Shown here: positions 12,428 to 26,900 of the stretch, piece by piece | Layout: each line of letters starts with the position of its first letter | Position numbering within the stretch: the first letter of the stretch is position 1 | NCBI GenBank assembly: GCA_025786725.1 | Contig: JAHLTZ010000018.1 | Coordinates: forward strand, 62,001 to 126,000 | Reading direction: 5' to 3' | Origin: Syncephalis fuscata S228 | Taxonomy: Eukaryota; Fungi; Zoopagomycota | Length of the DNA stretch: 64,000 nucleotides | Translations under genes and position numbers: made by a program | The notes under the pieces: generated by a model | Databases searched by the model: none | The model's input: only the letters and a program-made list of their open reading frames with translations | Told to the model about the DNA's origin: nothing

Positions 12428-14285
12428 ATGCCGGCCAAAGAACTACTTGAACAGGCAGAGGCACTTGCTGAGATGCAGCCCGACAAGGCCGCGGAATTAT
12501 ACCGTCAAGTGCTAGATGACACGTCTGGTATATGCTCAAATGCTTATTAATATAAACGCTCTTATTAATAGATTGTATTTTATATAGATAAAACGGAAGA
12601 TCTGCTTAAGCAAAAAGAAACGGCGATCATCAAGCTCGGCGGCGTGTTTAAACAGCAGCGGTAAGTAGATGTACTGCAGTTTATTATTTATCAACTAAAC
12701 AAATGCTTTTTACTGTAAATTAGAGATGCAGTGGCCATGGCCGAGTTGATACGATCAAGTCAAACACTTATGGGCTCGATTGCCAAGGCTAAATCGGCCA
12801 AGATCGGTGAGTATCATTATAAGATATGCGGCAATTTGTAAAATAAATACTAATAGTAAGAACAAAATAATTATGGGCTATAGTACGAACATTAATGGAT
12901 ATATTCTCGGATATTCCTGACTCGCGTGAACTGCAAATTAGCGTTTGTCGCGAATGTATTCAATGGTCGATCGAAGAAAAGCGTATTTATCTTAAACAAG
13001 CGTTAGAAACACGACTAGTAGCTCTGTAAGTAGATAGGCTCATGTAATAAATCAATAGCTCATAACAATATCCAATTAATAGCTATTTGGATAATAAGCA
13101 ACATTCCGAGGCATTGCTATTAATTGCTGAATTGTTGAAGGAACTTAAGCGATTGGATGACAAAATGGCGTTGGTTGAAGTGCAACTGCTAGAAAGCCGT
13201 GCCTGCCATGCTCTTCGTAATTTGGCTAAAGCAAGAGTAAGTTGATGGATGGTTGATAATTAATAGTACTTATTAATAGTATAATTAGGCTGCTCTTACC
13301 TCGGCACGTACTTCGGCCAATTCAATCTATTGTCCACCACCTCTTCAAGCGGCTATTGATATGCAGTCTGGTGTTTTGCACGCTGAGGATAAAGACTACA
13401 AAACAGCGTACGAATTATAAAGCATTTTAATTTATTAACCTAATATGCTGTATTTATTTATCTAGTTATTCATATTTCTATGAAACAATGGAAACTTACA
13501 GCTCACAAGAGGATCGTCGTGCCGTATTAGCATTGAAATATATGTTGCTCTGCAAGATTATGCTTAATGCGGTAAGTAATTAATTGGCATAATCAATTCA
13601 CTATGATAATTGCTAATCTAGTCCATAGGCAGAGGATGTCCATATTATACTGAACGGTAAATTGGCACAAAGACATTCGGGATCAGATGTTGAAGCGATG
13701 CGTGCTGTGGCCAAGGCATACCAAAACCGATCTTTACACGAGTTCGAGAAGGCACTTGCCGATTATCGTGTTGAATTGGGTCAAGATCCCGTAACACGTA
13801 CACACTTGGCAGCATTGTACGACACACTTTTGGAACAGAATCTGTGTCGATGCATCGATCCATATTCACGTGTTGAAATATCGCATGTGGCAAAGATGGT
13901 TCGTCTACCGGTACCACAAGTGGAAGCAAAGTAGGAGCAAAGAAAAGATAACCGACCAACATTAACACACTAGCATGTAGATTATCGCAAATGATATTAG
14001 ACAAAATACTCTACGGTATTCTTGACCAAGGTGCTGGCTGTCTAGTGTTATTTGAGGAGAAACGTGCTGATGTAGGTACTTCTATAAGACTATAGATGGT
14101 ATTTGTCACATATGTACCTATTGACTAATTATGGAAATGATTAGAAAACTTACGATGCGGCTCTTGATACATTGAAGAATATGGGAAATGTTGTTGAATC
14201 ACTATACACAAAGGTAAGTTGATAGATGGATATGACACGAAGCAATAAGTAATGTTGTTTTGAATAGGCTGCCAAACTATCGTAG
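12428..14285 (+). CDS. RPN6: 26S proteasome lid subunit Rpn6 (PSMD11), about 10 introns
   Basis: [53 protein letters not shown] and the PCI-domain segment [14 protein letters not shown]. Confidence 0.96.
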
Positions 14286-14595
14286 ATGTACGTGGTTCTG
14301 TTTAATAATGGAATACTTGCTATTAGTCGCTTATTATTTGAACAACAACAATAAAGACATGTGATTTCCATAATAAATATAATCGACGCACGTAGAATTT
14401 ATTTTGATTTCCTTAATTACATTTTCAAACAGATGTTAATAGCCTAATATGGTAATGTAATTAAAACTCAGCAATGTCGATATAGTAATGCTATATAAAC
14501 CGCTTTTGATAATACTATAGTACTATTTTCTGTTTTTTCCATTATTTCATCTTTCACGACTATACATCTTTTGTTGTTAAACTAACGCGACAAAA

Positions 14596-15802
14596 ATGCG
14601 TTGTTTTACTTTCCCTATCGCTACCATTGCTTTGACTTTTATGTTAGACTCTACAAGTCAGCATGTAGGCGCATCCTTATTCAATAGTATGTAATATTCT
14701 ATAAGCTATGTAGATTTGCTACTAATTATCTATGTACACATGTATAAATTTTAGACCCATTTTCATCATCCAATGATTTGAATCAGCCAGGACTTAAAAT
14801 CACTCCTTATGAACGTGATGTTGTGGATAAATCATACAACCTCGTAACCTACAACGGTGTAGATGCAATTATTCGCTGTACGGATAATAGCCAAATGCAA
14901 CGAGGAAGCTTTTATGCCTACAATGCAAGTAGCGCCATATTTAAGTATTAGATTGTATATTTAACGAATTTTATTTAATAGACACTTTATGAAGCTGCCA
15001 AATCCAAAAGATTTTCAAGGAAGGTAAAGACTTTGTTTCTATTCCTTTACATCGATTCGAGCACAAAGGTCGCAAATGCTTTGTCATTGGTTTGAATTGT
15101 GACACAAATATTGGCCAATACTTTAAAGACCAACCAGTTAAAGTAATAATACCTCAGCTATTGAAGTTCGTCCGCCAAATTATAAGTGGTATGTGCTAAA
15201 TCTATACTCAGTTTAAGATGGCTAATATGCTGCTAATTAAAATGCAAAGGTCTCATGTTTATGCATCGATCAAGAGTGACCAACAATAGTATTGGTCCAA
15301 AGAGTAAGTTTAAAACAATAGATTTTACTAATAGTGCTAATGTGTATTTACTTGACTAGCCGTTTGCATTAATAAATCCATAACTGGCAGTCCAAGTGTA
15401 TTGTTGTATCATTTTGGTCTAGCACGACCGTTGGTATACAACGGAAACAGATTGGTTCCTGAAGACATGGAAGGCTCGCCGTTTTTATTTGAATCAGTTG
15501 AAGAAGAGAAAAATATAAAAAATGATAGAAGAAAATTTGATACATGGAGTGTTGGCGTTTTGATGTGTCAGCTGCTCGTTCAAGATGAATTTACTTGGGA
15601 TTTTAGCAACCAAGATATATTGCCAAACGAGACGGTTGAAATGGAATTGAAACAACAAACTACTGGTCAATTGCATTCTTCAATGCTTGCATCGGTACTC
15701 TTTACTCTACATAGATTAATGGCTAAAGATGCTAATCTTAGAGATACACCAGAGCAATTCCTATATACAACTAAAGCCATGCAAGGCTCTTTTGTAGAGT
15801 AG
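14596..15802 (+). CDS. Secreted protein-kinase-fold pseudokinase (4 introns; apparent 1-nt frameshift near 15006-15009)
   Basis: Hydrophobic N-terminus MRCFTFPIATIALTFML..VGA, then GLMFMH-RSRVTNNSIGPK (HRD loop degenerate), YHFGLA (DFG to HFG) and FDTWSVG (subdomain IX). Colinear with 51611-52785. Confidence 0.75.
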
Positions 15803-17060
15803 ATTTATGTTATTGTAACTCTGACACTACTGCAATTTTGCTCATCACTCTAAATAAACGATTTTAGATCCTTAAAATATTGCGCATTTATTTAATTTTA
15901 ATTTGATTATTTATAAACTAGAAGAAAGCTTTAATTATTTTTAGAATATTATCTCTATTATCATATATGTACCTTTAATTAATATAGTTTATCAAAGAAA
16001 CATTTATTGCACACATTCAATCGTGATAAAGCCGAATTTCCATATATTCTATTCTATCGAAATATTATTTTTCCCACCAAATCTTAGTTTAAATAGAATA
16101 TTCTTTGATTTGTAAATATTAGTGCCATCCTGTCTAAGTAGCACTGTTTGGATTTTTGTATTTCGCCAATTGCCAAATTATATACACAATATTTACAAAT
16201 GATGAGTTTTATGCAGATAAACTGATATTAAAAGCAAAACAATAAAAATAACTATTATGATAATAAAATGAAATACACAATACGACTAAATAGTCTAACA
16301 GCTACTGTAATTTATCGTTTGATTTTTATTTAAGCCTGTCATTCTAGAATATTGGCTGAGCTAGCTTGTACAATAGTATTAGTGCTATTTTTATTTCGGC
16401 TTCTAGACCGTCAATTCCATAAATAGTTTTAGTATAGCGTCATAATATTTTAGTACTATAGAAGCTCTATACGTTGCTATATCCGATAAAACTTATTCAC
16501 ATGAATTTGCAAGACTTATTTATGCTAGTTATTTAAGTTTATTCTAAATTTTGAATGGATTTAGATACAATTTCATTTGATGGGATATTATTATTGAATT
16601 CTACAAAATTTGCCTGTATAATAAACTTGAGCTGAATGGTATATATGAAATGTATGTAGCAATAATATTAAAAAACAAATAGTAACACATAACATTAATT
16701 AATTGGATGATAATTTCTTTACTTCGCTCATTCAATAGATTCTATACTGTTTCTGCGCACTGTACATTTGTAATTCTATTACATCATTTAGTTCTTTATT
16801 TACTTGGTCGTTTGGGAAAATAATTCATCGAAAATCTATATAAATTTGATTTCTAGAATATGAATCTAATTGTTCTTTTGAGTCTTTTTAACTTGATCGA
16901 TTTCTTAGTTATGGTTGATTTCCCTGACAAATTATAGTATAAATATCCAAGCTGATATGCATGTCAATTAACTCATCACACACACAAGTATCTAGTTTGA
17001 CTCACTATCTTAATCTAATTGTATCCAACATACACTACTCAACTACACCAACTAATCAAC

Positions 17061-17244
17061 ATGAAGTTCACCAGTGTAATCATTGCCACGCTGCCTTTTG
17101 GTCGCCGTCGTCTCAGTTGAAGCCGTACCAGGATTACCAAGCCACCCACCAACGGCTCGCCATGTGTTATTGGTACCCACCTGTGGTGCTCTTGAGTGCA
17201 AGGATAACGGTGACGGTACCTCCCGATGGGGCTGGAGATACTAA
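17061..17244 (+). pseudogene. Frameshifted copy of the small secreted 2-Cys peptide (pseudogene or consensus errors)
   Basis: Aligns end to end with 19100-19288 but has several single-base deletions and an early TGA. The end still reads KDNGDGTSRWGWRY*. Confidence 0.75.
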
Positions 17245-19099
17245 ATAGCCAGTAAATATTTACATGGTGGTGGTTTATTAAACATTAGCCAGCGGAAGCT
17301 GTTTATAAACAATGCAATCCGTTTATTAACGGCTATTGCAATTGTTTAATAAACTTTCATTATTAAGCATTATTATATTGTACAGTGTCATTATTATAGT
17401 ATTTGCACATAAACATAAACACTACTATAATGAGCTACAGTATTGTTGGATATCTCGCTATAGCAAGATACACTGCGTAATATTCTATATTAATTATATT
17501 AAATAGCACTTGAATTGCTACTACTATAATAATGAAATGTATCATCTCTTGGTGCAACTATACAATCACATTGTAGACAGTATGCATTGAGCAATCATTA
17601 CAAATGCTGCTTATTTTACCATCACCTTTTTTGGTTTTATCTCACTCATTGTAATGCTATTATTATATGCATTCAATTTTTATGTCTGTTATTATCAGAT
17701 CTTTACTAGCAACATTAGTAATAATATATGTATCTAGATGACTAAACCATTAAAATAAAATAAACAACCAAGATTATTTGTAATCGCCCCAACACTACTA
17801 AATAAACAGCGCAGTATTATAGTATTCAAAAATGGTATAAATCAATTATGGGTCAACTAGTTAAACTTGATAAACGATAGATGTAGCAATCTGTCTAGCA
17901 TAATAGCTAACAAATATCAGTTTAATTAAATAACATGCATTCTAGTTTAATATTTATTGCAATAAGTTAGTTTAATAAATACACACACATATGATTTAGT
18001 ATATAGTTGCTACAAACAGTTTTATTTGTATTACTTAGTATAGGCGTATTATTTGGTGCATTACTTAGCTGTATGGTATATCTGCTATTTTATATAAGCT
18101 AATCATATTTATAAAACAATACATTAATTCTATGGCTATAAATATTTCAGTATTAATTCTAAATATTTAATACTACAAACTATTTTATTATTGGCCAGGC
18201 AAGCATGAGCATGAGCATGCAATACAATGGCATGTCTGACTTGATTGGTAGTACGATCTGCTGTTGAAGCTATACCTCCTACTGTTCGGCTTGAGCAGTA
18301 GTTGCTTTATTTAGTATTTCCGTATTGGTAATGTCGTAGTTATAATTTTTTATGCTGAATATCTAGCATTATTCTGGCAAAAAATATATACCAAATCAAT
18401 GGAACATTCCTTATGACGATTTGACATATACAACTTGATTTCAGCAAATGTATATTTTTAGAATATCGGAACTTAAATCAAGTTTAAGCAGTTTAGGCAA
18501 TGCTCTTGCCTAATATAGCAATAATTGCAAAATAAACACCGACCCCTGTATACAAGGTTTTCCATGAAAAACTATATGTTTGTACGCAGTATTTAATCCG
18601 CACTCGAGTGTACCATTCAATTTAACCGCTCGATTAGTTGCATTTGACACTGTATCAATATACAGCAGCTTGATATTATATTAATTAATACTGATAGCCA
18701 ATGTATAAAATTGCTGATCTTACACGAGTAGAAAAGCCGTTATTTTATATGTTTAGCCGTATCATGCTGATTCCCACGTCTTATATAAATTTAGTAAGCA
18801 ATTATCCTATTGTTTAATACCTGGACTTGACTAAATCTATAGTTGATAGTTATTTTCCCAGTAATCCAAGGCTACTTTCTAAATCAAGGATTTGTCAATA
18901 TTGACGTGAGTATTGTTGTATTGGCCAATGGATGTATAGTTATAGTTAGTTTTACTGGCAGGTTACAGTATAAATATTCAAGCTAATATGCACGTCAATT
19001 ATCGCATCACACACACACACACAAGTATCTAGTCTGACTCGCTATCTTAATCTAATTGTATCCAACATACACTACTCAACCTACTACCAACTAATCAAC

Positions 19100-19288
19100 A
19101 TGAAGTTCACCACTGTAATCATTGCCACCGCTGCCCTTTTGGTCGCCGTCGTCTCAGTTGAAGCCGCACCAGGATTCACCAAGCCACCCACCAACGGCTC
19201 GCCATGTGTTATTGGTGCTGCACCCGTAGGCAATCTTGAATGCAAGGACAACGGTGACGGTACCGGTAACTGGGGCTGGAGATACTAA
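19100..19288 (+). CDS. Small secreted peptide (62 aa; ~40-aa mature peptide with 2 Cys)
   Basis: Signal peptide MKFTTVIIATAALLVAVVSVEA-AP, TATAAATA near 18969, CAACATG start context and GC-rich codons within AT-rich flanks. A paralogue lies at 17061. Confidence 0.88.
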   Translation: MKFTTVIIATAALLVAVVSVEAAPGFTKPPTNGSPCVIGAAPVGNLECKDNGDGTGNWGWRY

Positions 19289-19911
19289 ATAGCCAGTAGA
19301 TACTGGTGCCACGGCGGTTTATACAAAAGCAATCGACAGATCTTGTTTATACAGCTATATGCAAACTACTTATTAACAGCTATCGCTGTAATTGTTTATA
19401 ATAAACAGTCTATTATACATATATAATGTTCAAATATATTGTCGTAATATGTATTAGTTTAATGATTAGTTGATACGGAGCATCATGTTAATCAAATAGC
19501 ATTATTATAATATGGATAACTACCAAGAATACTTTTATAGAAATAATACATATTTTATTGTAAAAAACTATAAAATATTTATAGCTATCAGAACACAAGG
19601 ATCAGGTATAAAAAATAACAATAAATGATTAATAATATTGGATATAGTGTGATATAATTGTTATTATCTACGGCATAACTGTAACCAGTTTATTACCATT
19701 ATTCTAATATTTTACCAATACTTTAGAATATTTAATATACTATGTATAATTTAATATACAGTAATTTATCGCTCGTATAGTAAATTAGTTTTTATAAATA
19801 TAATTGCCAGTAATTTTTGTAATTATCTCAGTAATACTAAATAACAATAAAAATCAAGCCAATATACTACATCAAGTTTTAATATCCATTGTTAAATCTT
19901 TAAATGAAAAG

Positions 19912-21150
19912 TTACTGGTCTGGTTCCGCGTCAGGTGTATCTAGTGTCAAATCACCAAGTAGTTTTTCTACATTACGTTTCTTTTCTTCGGCCAATCGGT
20001 CCTCTTTGATTTTTCGCAATCGTTCCATCTCAGGCTTATACTCTTCATTGTACTCCTTTACACACTCGTCCACCTTACTAAATAGCTCTTCCATACCGGT
20101 ACCCGTTACTGCCGAAACACCAACCACCTAAATATTAAGCCGGTTAATACGTTAATATTACTCAACACTATCGATATCAGCCTACCTTCAAACAATTGTA
20201 AAACTCTTCGAGCATTAATGACATGCTTCCGTTAATGAAGCCATGTAAGTGTCGTCACGTGCATGAACATCGCGCTGGAATGCTTCAAAATCGGTCATCC
20301 ACTCAACGGCAAAATCGTGTGATTGTACATCAGTTTTGTTAAACACTAATAAAAATGGTAAACGAGTTTTGTACAGAATACTAATGAATTGTATTATTAC
20401 CGATAAACAAGTTAATTAACCCATTAGTATATTGTAATTACTAACCAACATACCTGCATGCATATAACATGTTAGACATAAATGTCGCCGGGCTATTACA
20501 CCGTGGTGTATCAATAACATAAAGTACGACAGCTGGATGCGACGAGGCAATAGCCTCAGTAATAATGGCCCCTGATGCTGACCACGTAAATATTTCAATC
20601 TGTCCTGGCGTATCAACTAGAACATGACTAACAATAGTAATAAGAATCAACATGAATGCTATATTATAAAGGATTGTTTACACGGTGTAACATATCCATA
20701 CCTAATTTGATCTGCTCGTTTATCTAAAAGATCAATTACTTGGTCAAATTTTGTTGTAAATAAGTTAAGTGCCGTAAGAATGCCACCATTAGGACCCATA
20801 TTATATCTAATGTGTTTAGCATTACAGTTTAGTATCACATAGCTAATAAATCAATTCCCCTTCCAAATTACTTACTGCTTCATAACTTCCTTGTAGTTGA
20901 CCGTATCTCGAATATCAATGTTAGGCGTATATGGTAGTTCACTCACGGCAGGATCAAGATTCAGCGTATATGGGGGCTGATCCTTTGAGTGCAAATACGC
21001 ATTCAATCGCTACATTGCCAACAAGCCGTATTAGCCGTTGAATCGACTGCCCGTCTCCTTGCCGCCTACCTGCATGAGTGTTGTCTTGCCAGAACCGGCC
21101 ATACCAATAAGGATCAAGGCCGGTGGTGCTCGTTTCTCTTTGTCTGCCAT
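19912..21150 (-). CDS. GPN1: GPN-loop GTPase 1 (Npa3/XAB1)
   Basis: [10 protein letters not shown]-loop, [33 protein letters not shown] and [10 protein letters not shown]. Confidence 0.95.
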
Positions 21151-21456
21151 AGCGTTCGTGTACGATGATCACTGGCCGAATATTGGGTACTTGAAGGCAA
21201 ATGAAAAAAGCAGTAAAAAGTTTATGATCAAAACCATGGGTTTATTTTGATATGAATTCCTCACAATGACGTTCCCTCAACATCATCGTAGTAATTACAC
21301 TATAACTATTGTAAGACTAGTTTATAACATCACTTCCAATATTCATAGCAAATAAAATGATGTATTATTAATTCAATTATACAATATCTACATTGGGCCA
21401 AATATCCAATAATGATTTTATTAGAATGTACTAGTTTGTATCTTTCAATATCATCA

Positions 21457-22273
<817 letters not shown>

Positions 22274-22949
22274 TGTTATACTGGTTAAAAAGGGATAGAA
22301 TAAACACTAGAGCTAGAGAGATAGATAGAGAAATAGAGTAACAAATAAGTTATGGTGGTGGTTATAGAAGGAAAGACATCCAATATACGACTAAATGACG
22401 TGGCAATTATAGATAATGCACTGCATAAGGTAGTACACACACACGCACACACGCAGGACTAAGGACTTGAAGTGTACTCTTCTATATATCACTATAGACA
22501 ATCTTTTATTATTCTTTAAGTCGAGTAACATAAAGAGAACAGTCTAGAATCATAGTTACAACAAAGAGATGTAAATGTGTATATTCAGTAACATGATTGG
22601 ATCATCAAAGTGTTTGTCTTTGAATTCAATGTATTTTATTACTATATTATTAACTATCTGTTAATACAAACAGATAATATCTAAATAAACTACACATTAA
22701 TAATTAGGGCGCTGTATTCGTATTCATCTTCTATATTTTATTCAATGATAGATAGTAAAAGTGTTATTTGTGTAAACGTCCAGTTAATCAATAATAAACA
22801 GATGTATTATTAACCAATCAGTGCACTAGCATCAAAAGCTGACGTCAAATGATGCTGTGGTCGTTTTTTCACTCATTTTTTTAGTTCAACTCATCAATAA
22901 GCACTATTGCTCTTCTGTGTGTCCAGCCTATTTGTTTATTATTATTGTC

Positions 22950-23953
22950 ATGACAACAGCAGAAAAGAATCCACGCGGTATTCCCAAAGCACTGTTTGTG
23001 GCAAGTATAGATTCATCATATATGCAGGTGAAGCTTACTGGATGATCTAGGAGGATGTGAGTGCTTTTCTTCAAGACCGTGAAGGATCCACGGAAGCTGG
23101 CCTACGTCAATTACAGGAAACGCTAAGGTAAGTAGCATAACATCTAGTCAGTATAATACTGCACAGTATTATTATTTATAGTGCATGTGTTAACCGGTAT
23201 GTCACGCTATTTGTAGCAAATACCGCTTTATGGAGAATAGTATGCAACAGCGCAAACGCAGCTTATTAGGTAAAATACCTGAGATAGAAAAGACACTTCA
23301 AATGGCCGAGTATTTGAATGAACGAAAGGTAATTAGATTATAAAAAAGATATAAGACATTTATATATCTATGAATATTATATACCATATGTATATACTCT
23401 TTTCTTTTTAGACAAATAACGAGACGGAACCCATTGCCGTCCAATATGAATTGCACGATACATTGTATGCTCATGCACGTGTTCAGCCACGAGATACTGT
23501 ATATCTATGGTTAGGTGTAAGTTATTATTTAACAATCCATATTCATTATTATGGTTAACAAGTAACCGATATTACTACTACGACTATTATTACTATCTAG
23601 GCTAATGTTATGCTTGAATATCCTATTTCCGAGGCTATTGCCATGTTAAATGATAAATTATCTACAGCTCAACGTAGTTTATCCAATGCCGAAGAAGATT
23701 TAGAATTTCTTCGTGATCAAATTACGGTAACTGAAGTTAGTATCCTTTATGATAATTACATATATACAATATAATATACAATATAATATACAATAGTTAT
23801 ATAGTATAGTATAGTATAGTATATAATCGTTTAAACTATATAGTGGTACATACCCTTAACTTTACTACAGATACAGCACGTGTTTACAACTGGGACGTTA
23901 AAACACGGCGCCAAACGGGCAATTCAGGCGGTGCCGCATCCACTTCAAACTAA
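22950..23953 (+). CDS. PFD3: Prefoldin subunit 3 (Gim2/Pac10/VBP1)
   Basis: NPRGIPKA.FV, KYRFME, VYLWLGANVMLEYP and [25 protein letters not shown]. Intron 1 is GC-AG and the last intron is U12-type. Confidence 0.95.
23740..23870 (+). other. U12-type (minor spliceosomal) GT-AG intron
   Basis: The donor is GTATCCTTT and the branch site ACCCTTAAC (23852-23860) ends 10 nt before the end of the intron (terminal AG). Removal restores the conserved [12 protein letters not shown]. Confidence 0.88.
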
Positions 23954-26900
23954 TAGTTGAATTGTTTCTACCCTCTTTCTCTCTCTCTCTCTCCGTTATT
24001 CGCAAGCCAACCAATGCCTATTTCCATTACCGTGGCATAATGCGGTTCTTCAGAATAAACGTTATTTCCATTTAATATTGTTGCAGGTACATGAATGCCT
24101 ACTATGAACGGTAGAGTACCTGATTAACCAACCAGCCAACCATTGCACAGCATCCTAGTCAAGGTATGAATTTATATGATCACACTTTCATGTGACACAT
24201 ACTAGCATGAATAGGCTTGACATGGTGGTTATACTCGCGTGCCACTCTTCTCTAAACAGCAACAGGAACAACTATACCGAACAAAGACGGGGTGTGGCAT
24301 TGTCATTTTAACGTGTGTGTGTGTGTGTGTGTGCATGGGTGGGTGGCAGGTATGTGTGCGCGCGTGCGTACATACATGTGCACTTGTCCCACCTCATGGC
24401 AAATAGTTGTTGTTTCAATAAATAACTTGTATTCACTTGTCGCTATTGAATAGCCTTGCTATTACGATTCACAATAATAACTGGTTAGTCATATGGTAGT
24501 TTAGTTTCTACCATGTGTTGTATATCACGCGTGGTTCTTCTCACACTGACCATGAATGCGATTATTGAGCCTACTGCATTGAGATGAACCGCGCGTTCAT
24601 TCCTGGCCATTATGCTTGTTTCATAGTGGCCAATAACACAGTCTATTTTGTTTAAGCTGGTGTTCGTCGCCATAGCTTATTGAACAGAATTACTACAAAG
24701 CAGCTAATAAAACGCTACTTCTTTGTTTAATACTGGTGCTTATCACCATGTTTTATTAAGTAAATGACTACAGAGCAACCAATAACACAATACACCAATA
24801 GGTATTCTAATTAGTCTTTCCTTTTTGGCATATCAATGTTGGACCATTTCATTCTTAATGGAATGTTATCCCTTAGACTGGTCACTCGCCTATTTTGGAT
24901 CACACTATTGACAAACACACTCACTCACACACATTGTATGGATGAATGGCATTGGCATCGTGGTCGCCGCTCTCCATTGAGTCCGCTCATGCTTCTCCGC
25001 TTGCCACTCTGTAGAAACAACTACTAGTATTAGTAGCCATAAGTAGGGAGAGGGAACACACGCACACACACACCTTTCTCCATTCTTCATCTTTTTCAAC
25101 ATTTGTTTTTCTAATTGACGTACACTGCCTAACTGACCTCGTTTGCTGTTGTCGTTGCTGCTGGTCTATTACTTTATTGAGTATAGCCGCCTTGCTTTTC
25201 TTTTCCTTCTCCTTTCTCATTTAATTATTCCTCATCAACTGTAATCATTGCGGTGTAATCGTGTCGATAGTCAAATATAGTGGCTTGTCCTCGTCAATAC
25301 TACTACTACCCTTTATTTGCGACTATTCACTCCGTTAACTTAAAGGTAAGTTATATGTATATGTATATGTGTATGTATATGTGTTTGTAGCATGTATGTA
25401 CTTTATTTTCTTTATTCTATTTGATGTTCTATTTTATATTATTGGTTATTTGTTTGTTTGTATGTTTGTTTGCTTGTTTGCTTATTTGTGCATCGCGCTG
25501 TTTTAACTATTGGCAATGCTGACCAGATTAGCTGCGGCAATATAAATTGGATATATGCTATAATGGTATCTATGCGTGTGTAACAGCATAGATATTCTGT
25601 ATTGCCATCTATCTGCATGGTTATGTATATATCCACATGGCCATACAGATAGATGGCCACAATGAAAGCATACATAGCCAGTGCAGTGCATACAGTGCTA
25701 TTGCAAAGATATTGTTGACTGTTGGCTAGTCATCGATCATATAGACGGTTGTATATTGTTTTCGCCTATCTTTGTACACTTCGTTGAACGTATGAGACTC
25801 TATGCTCTCATTTACAACGTCAACTGAGAAAAGGGCATAACTTAGCAGGTCGCGCACTCAACGCGTGTAACCAAGTGAATCATACGACAAACAGTATTCG
25901 TAACACTTTATAATGGATAAACAAGTCATAATTCATGAATGAATGAAATAATACGTAATCTTTACTGCATTGGATAGTAATTGTAGCTGTTACTTTCTGC
26001 CCTATTCCATATACTTTTTGTTGTTAAAAGTACATATGGACATGGACATGGATGTGAGTGCGTGCGTGTGCGTGCGTGCGTACTTGTACTTGTATACGCA
26101 TGTAAAATGATGATGGGTTTGGTCAAGGAACACCGATCCTGTTTAGCTGCAGGTTTAATCCTTTCATTCATTCCTTCTTCACCGTCTCTATCCTCTTTCA
26201 TTTGCGCTCTCCGTCTTTATTCTCTCTCTCTTTCTTTCTCTTTGATTTACTACCTATTCATACATTCGCTCTGTGTTACACCCATTATAATTCCCCTTTG
26301 CTCCTTTTTACTACTAAAGGTCTATTCATTCTGTTTCCCCTCGCACAACACACCCGCACACACGCACACACTCACATTTATTCACTCGTTTTCTGTCGTA
26401 TTTGTTCTATTTGTCTGTCTGTCTGTTTGTTTGTTTGTTCATCTTTGTCGCTTTTATCGTTCACGTTGACGTTCTCGTCTAACGCTAGTTGTTGTGTTAC
26501 CATTTCTATTGTCGTTTGTGTACACGTACGTTGCAGTAATTGCTAGAGTAGATAGTCTAGCATTGCTACTTGTTATATTATATCATTTTTGCTTATTGCT
26601 TGCCGTTATTAAGGGTGGGTAGACTTGGCGGTCAATATATGCGTGCGCGTGTGTGTGCGTGCGCATATAGCGTGCTCAAAACAAAAAGTGTCTTCATTGG
26701 TGGTGCAGTGCAGTGTCGTGTCGTGTGGTAGTGCCAGCTATCGTTGTGTAGTAAAGTGCACATGCGGTGTATCAATGGCTCTCTTTGTACGCCAATTATT
26801 ACTACTAGACCGTGTTAAAACACAGACAAAAGGCTTTTAGACATGCAACATTTAATGTAGTTTATAGCTCGGCATTGGTGCTTATGCTTTCCCTTTGTGC

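Noticed and set aside
16961-17248. 95-aa ORF in the track
   Set aside because: It is an off-frame read-through across the leader and the frameshifted peptide copy; the real start is 17061.
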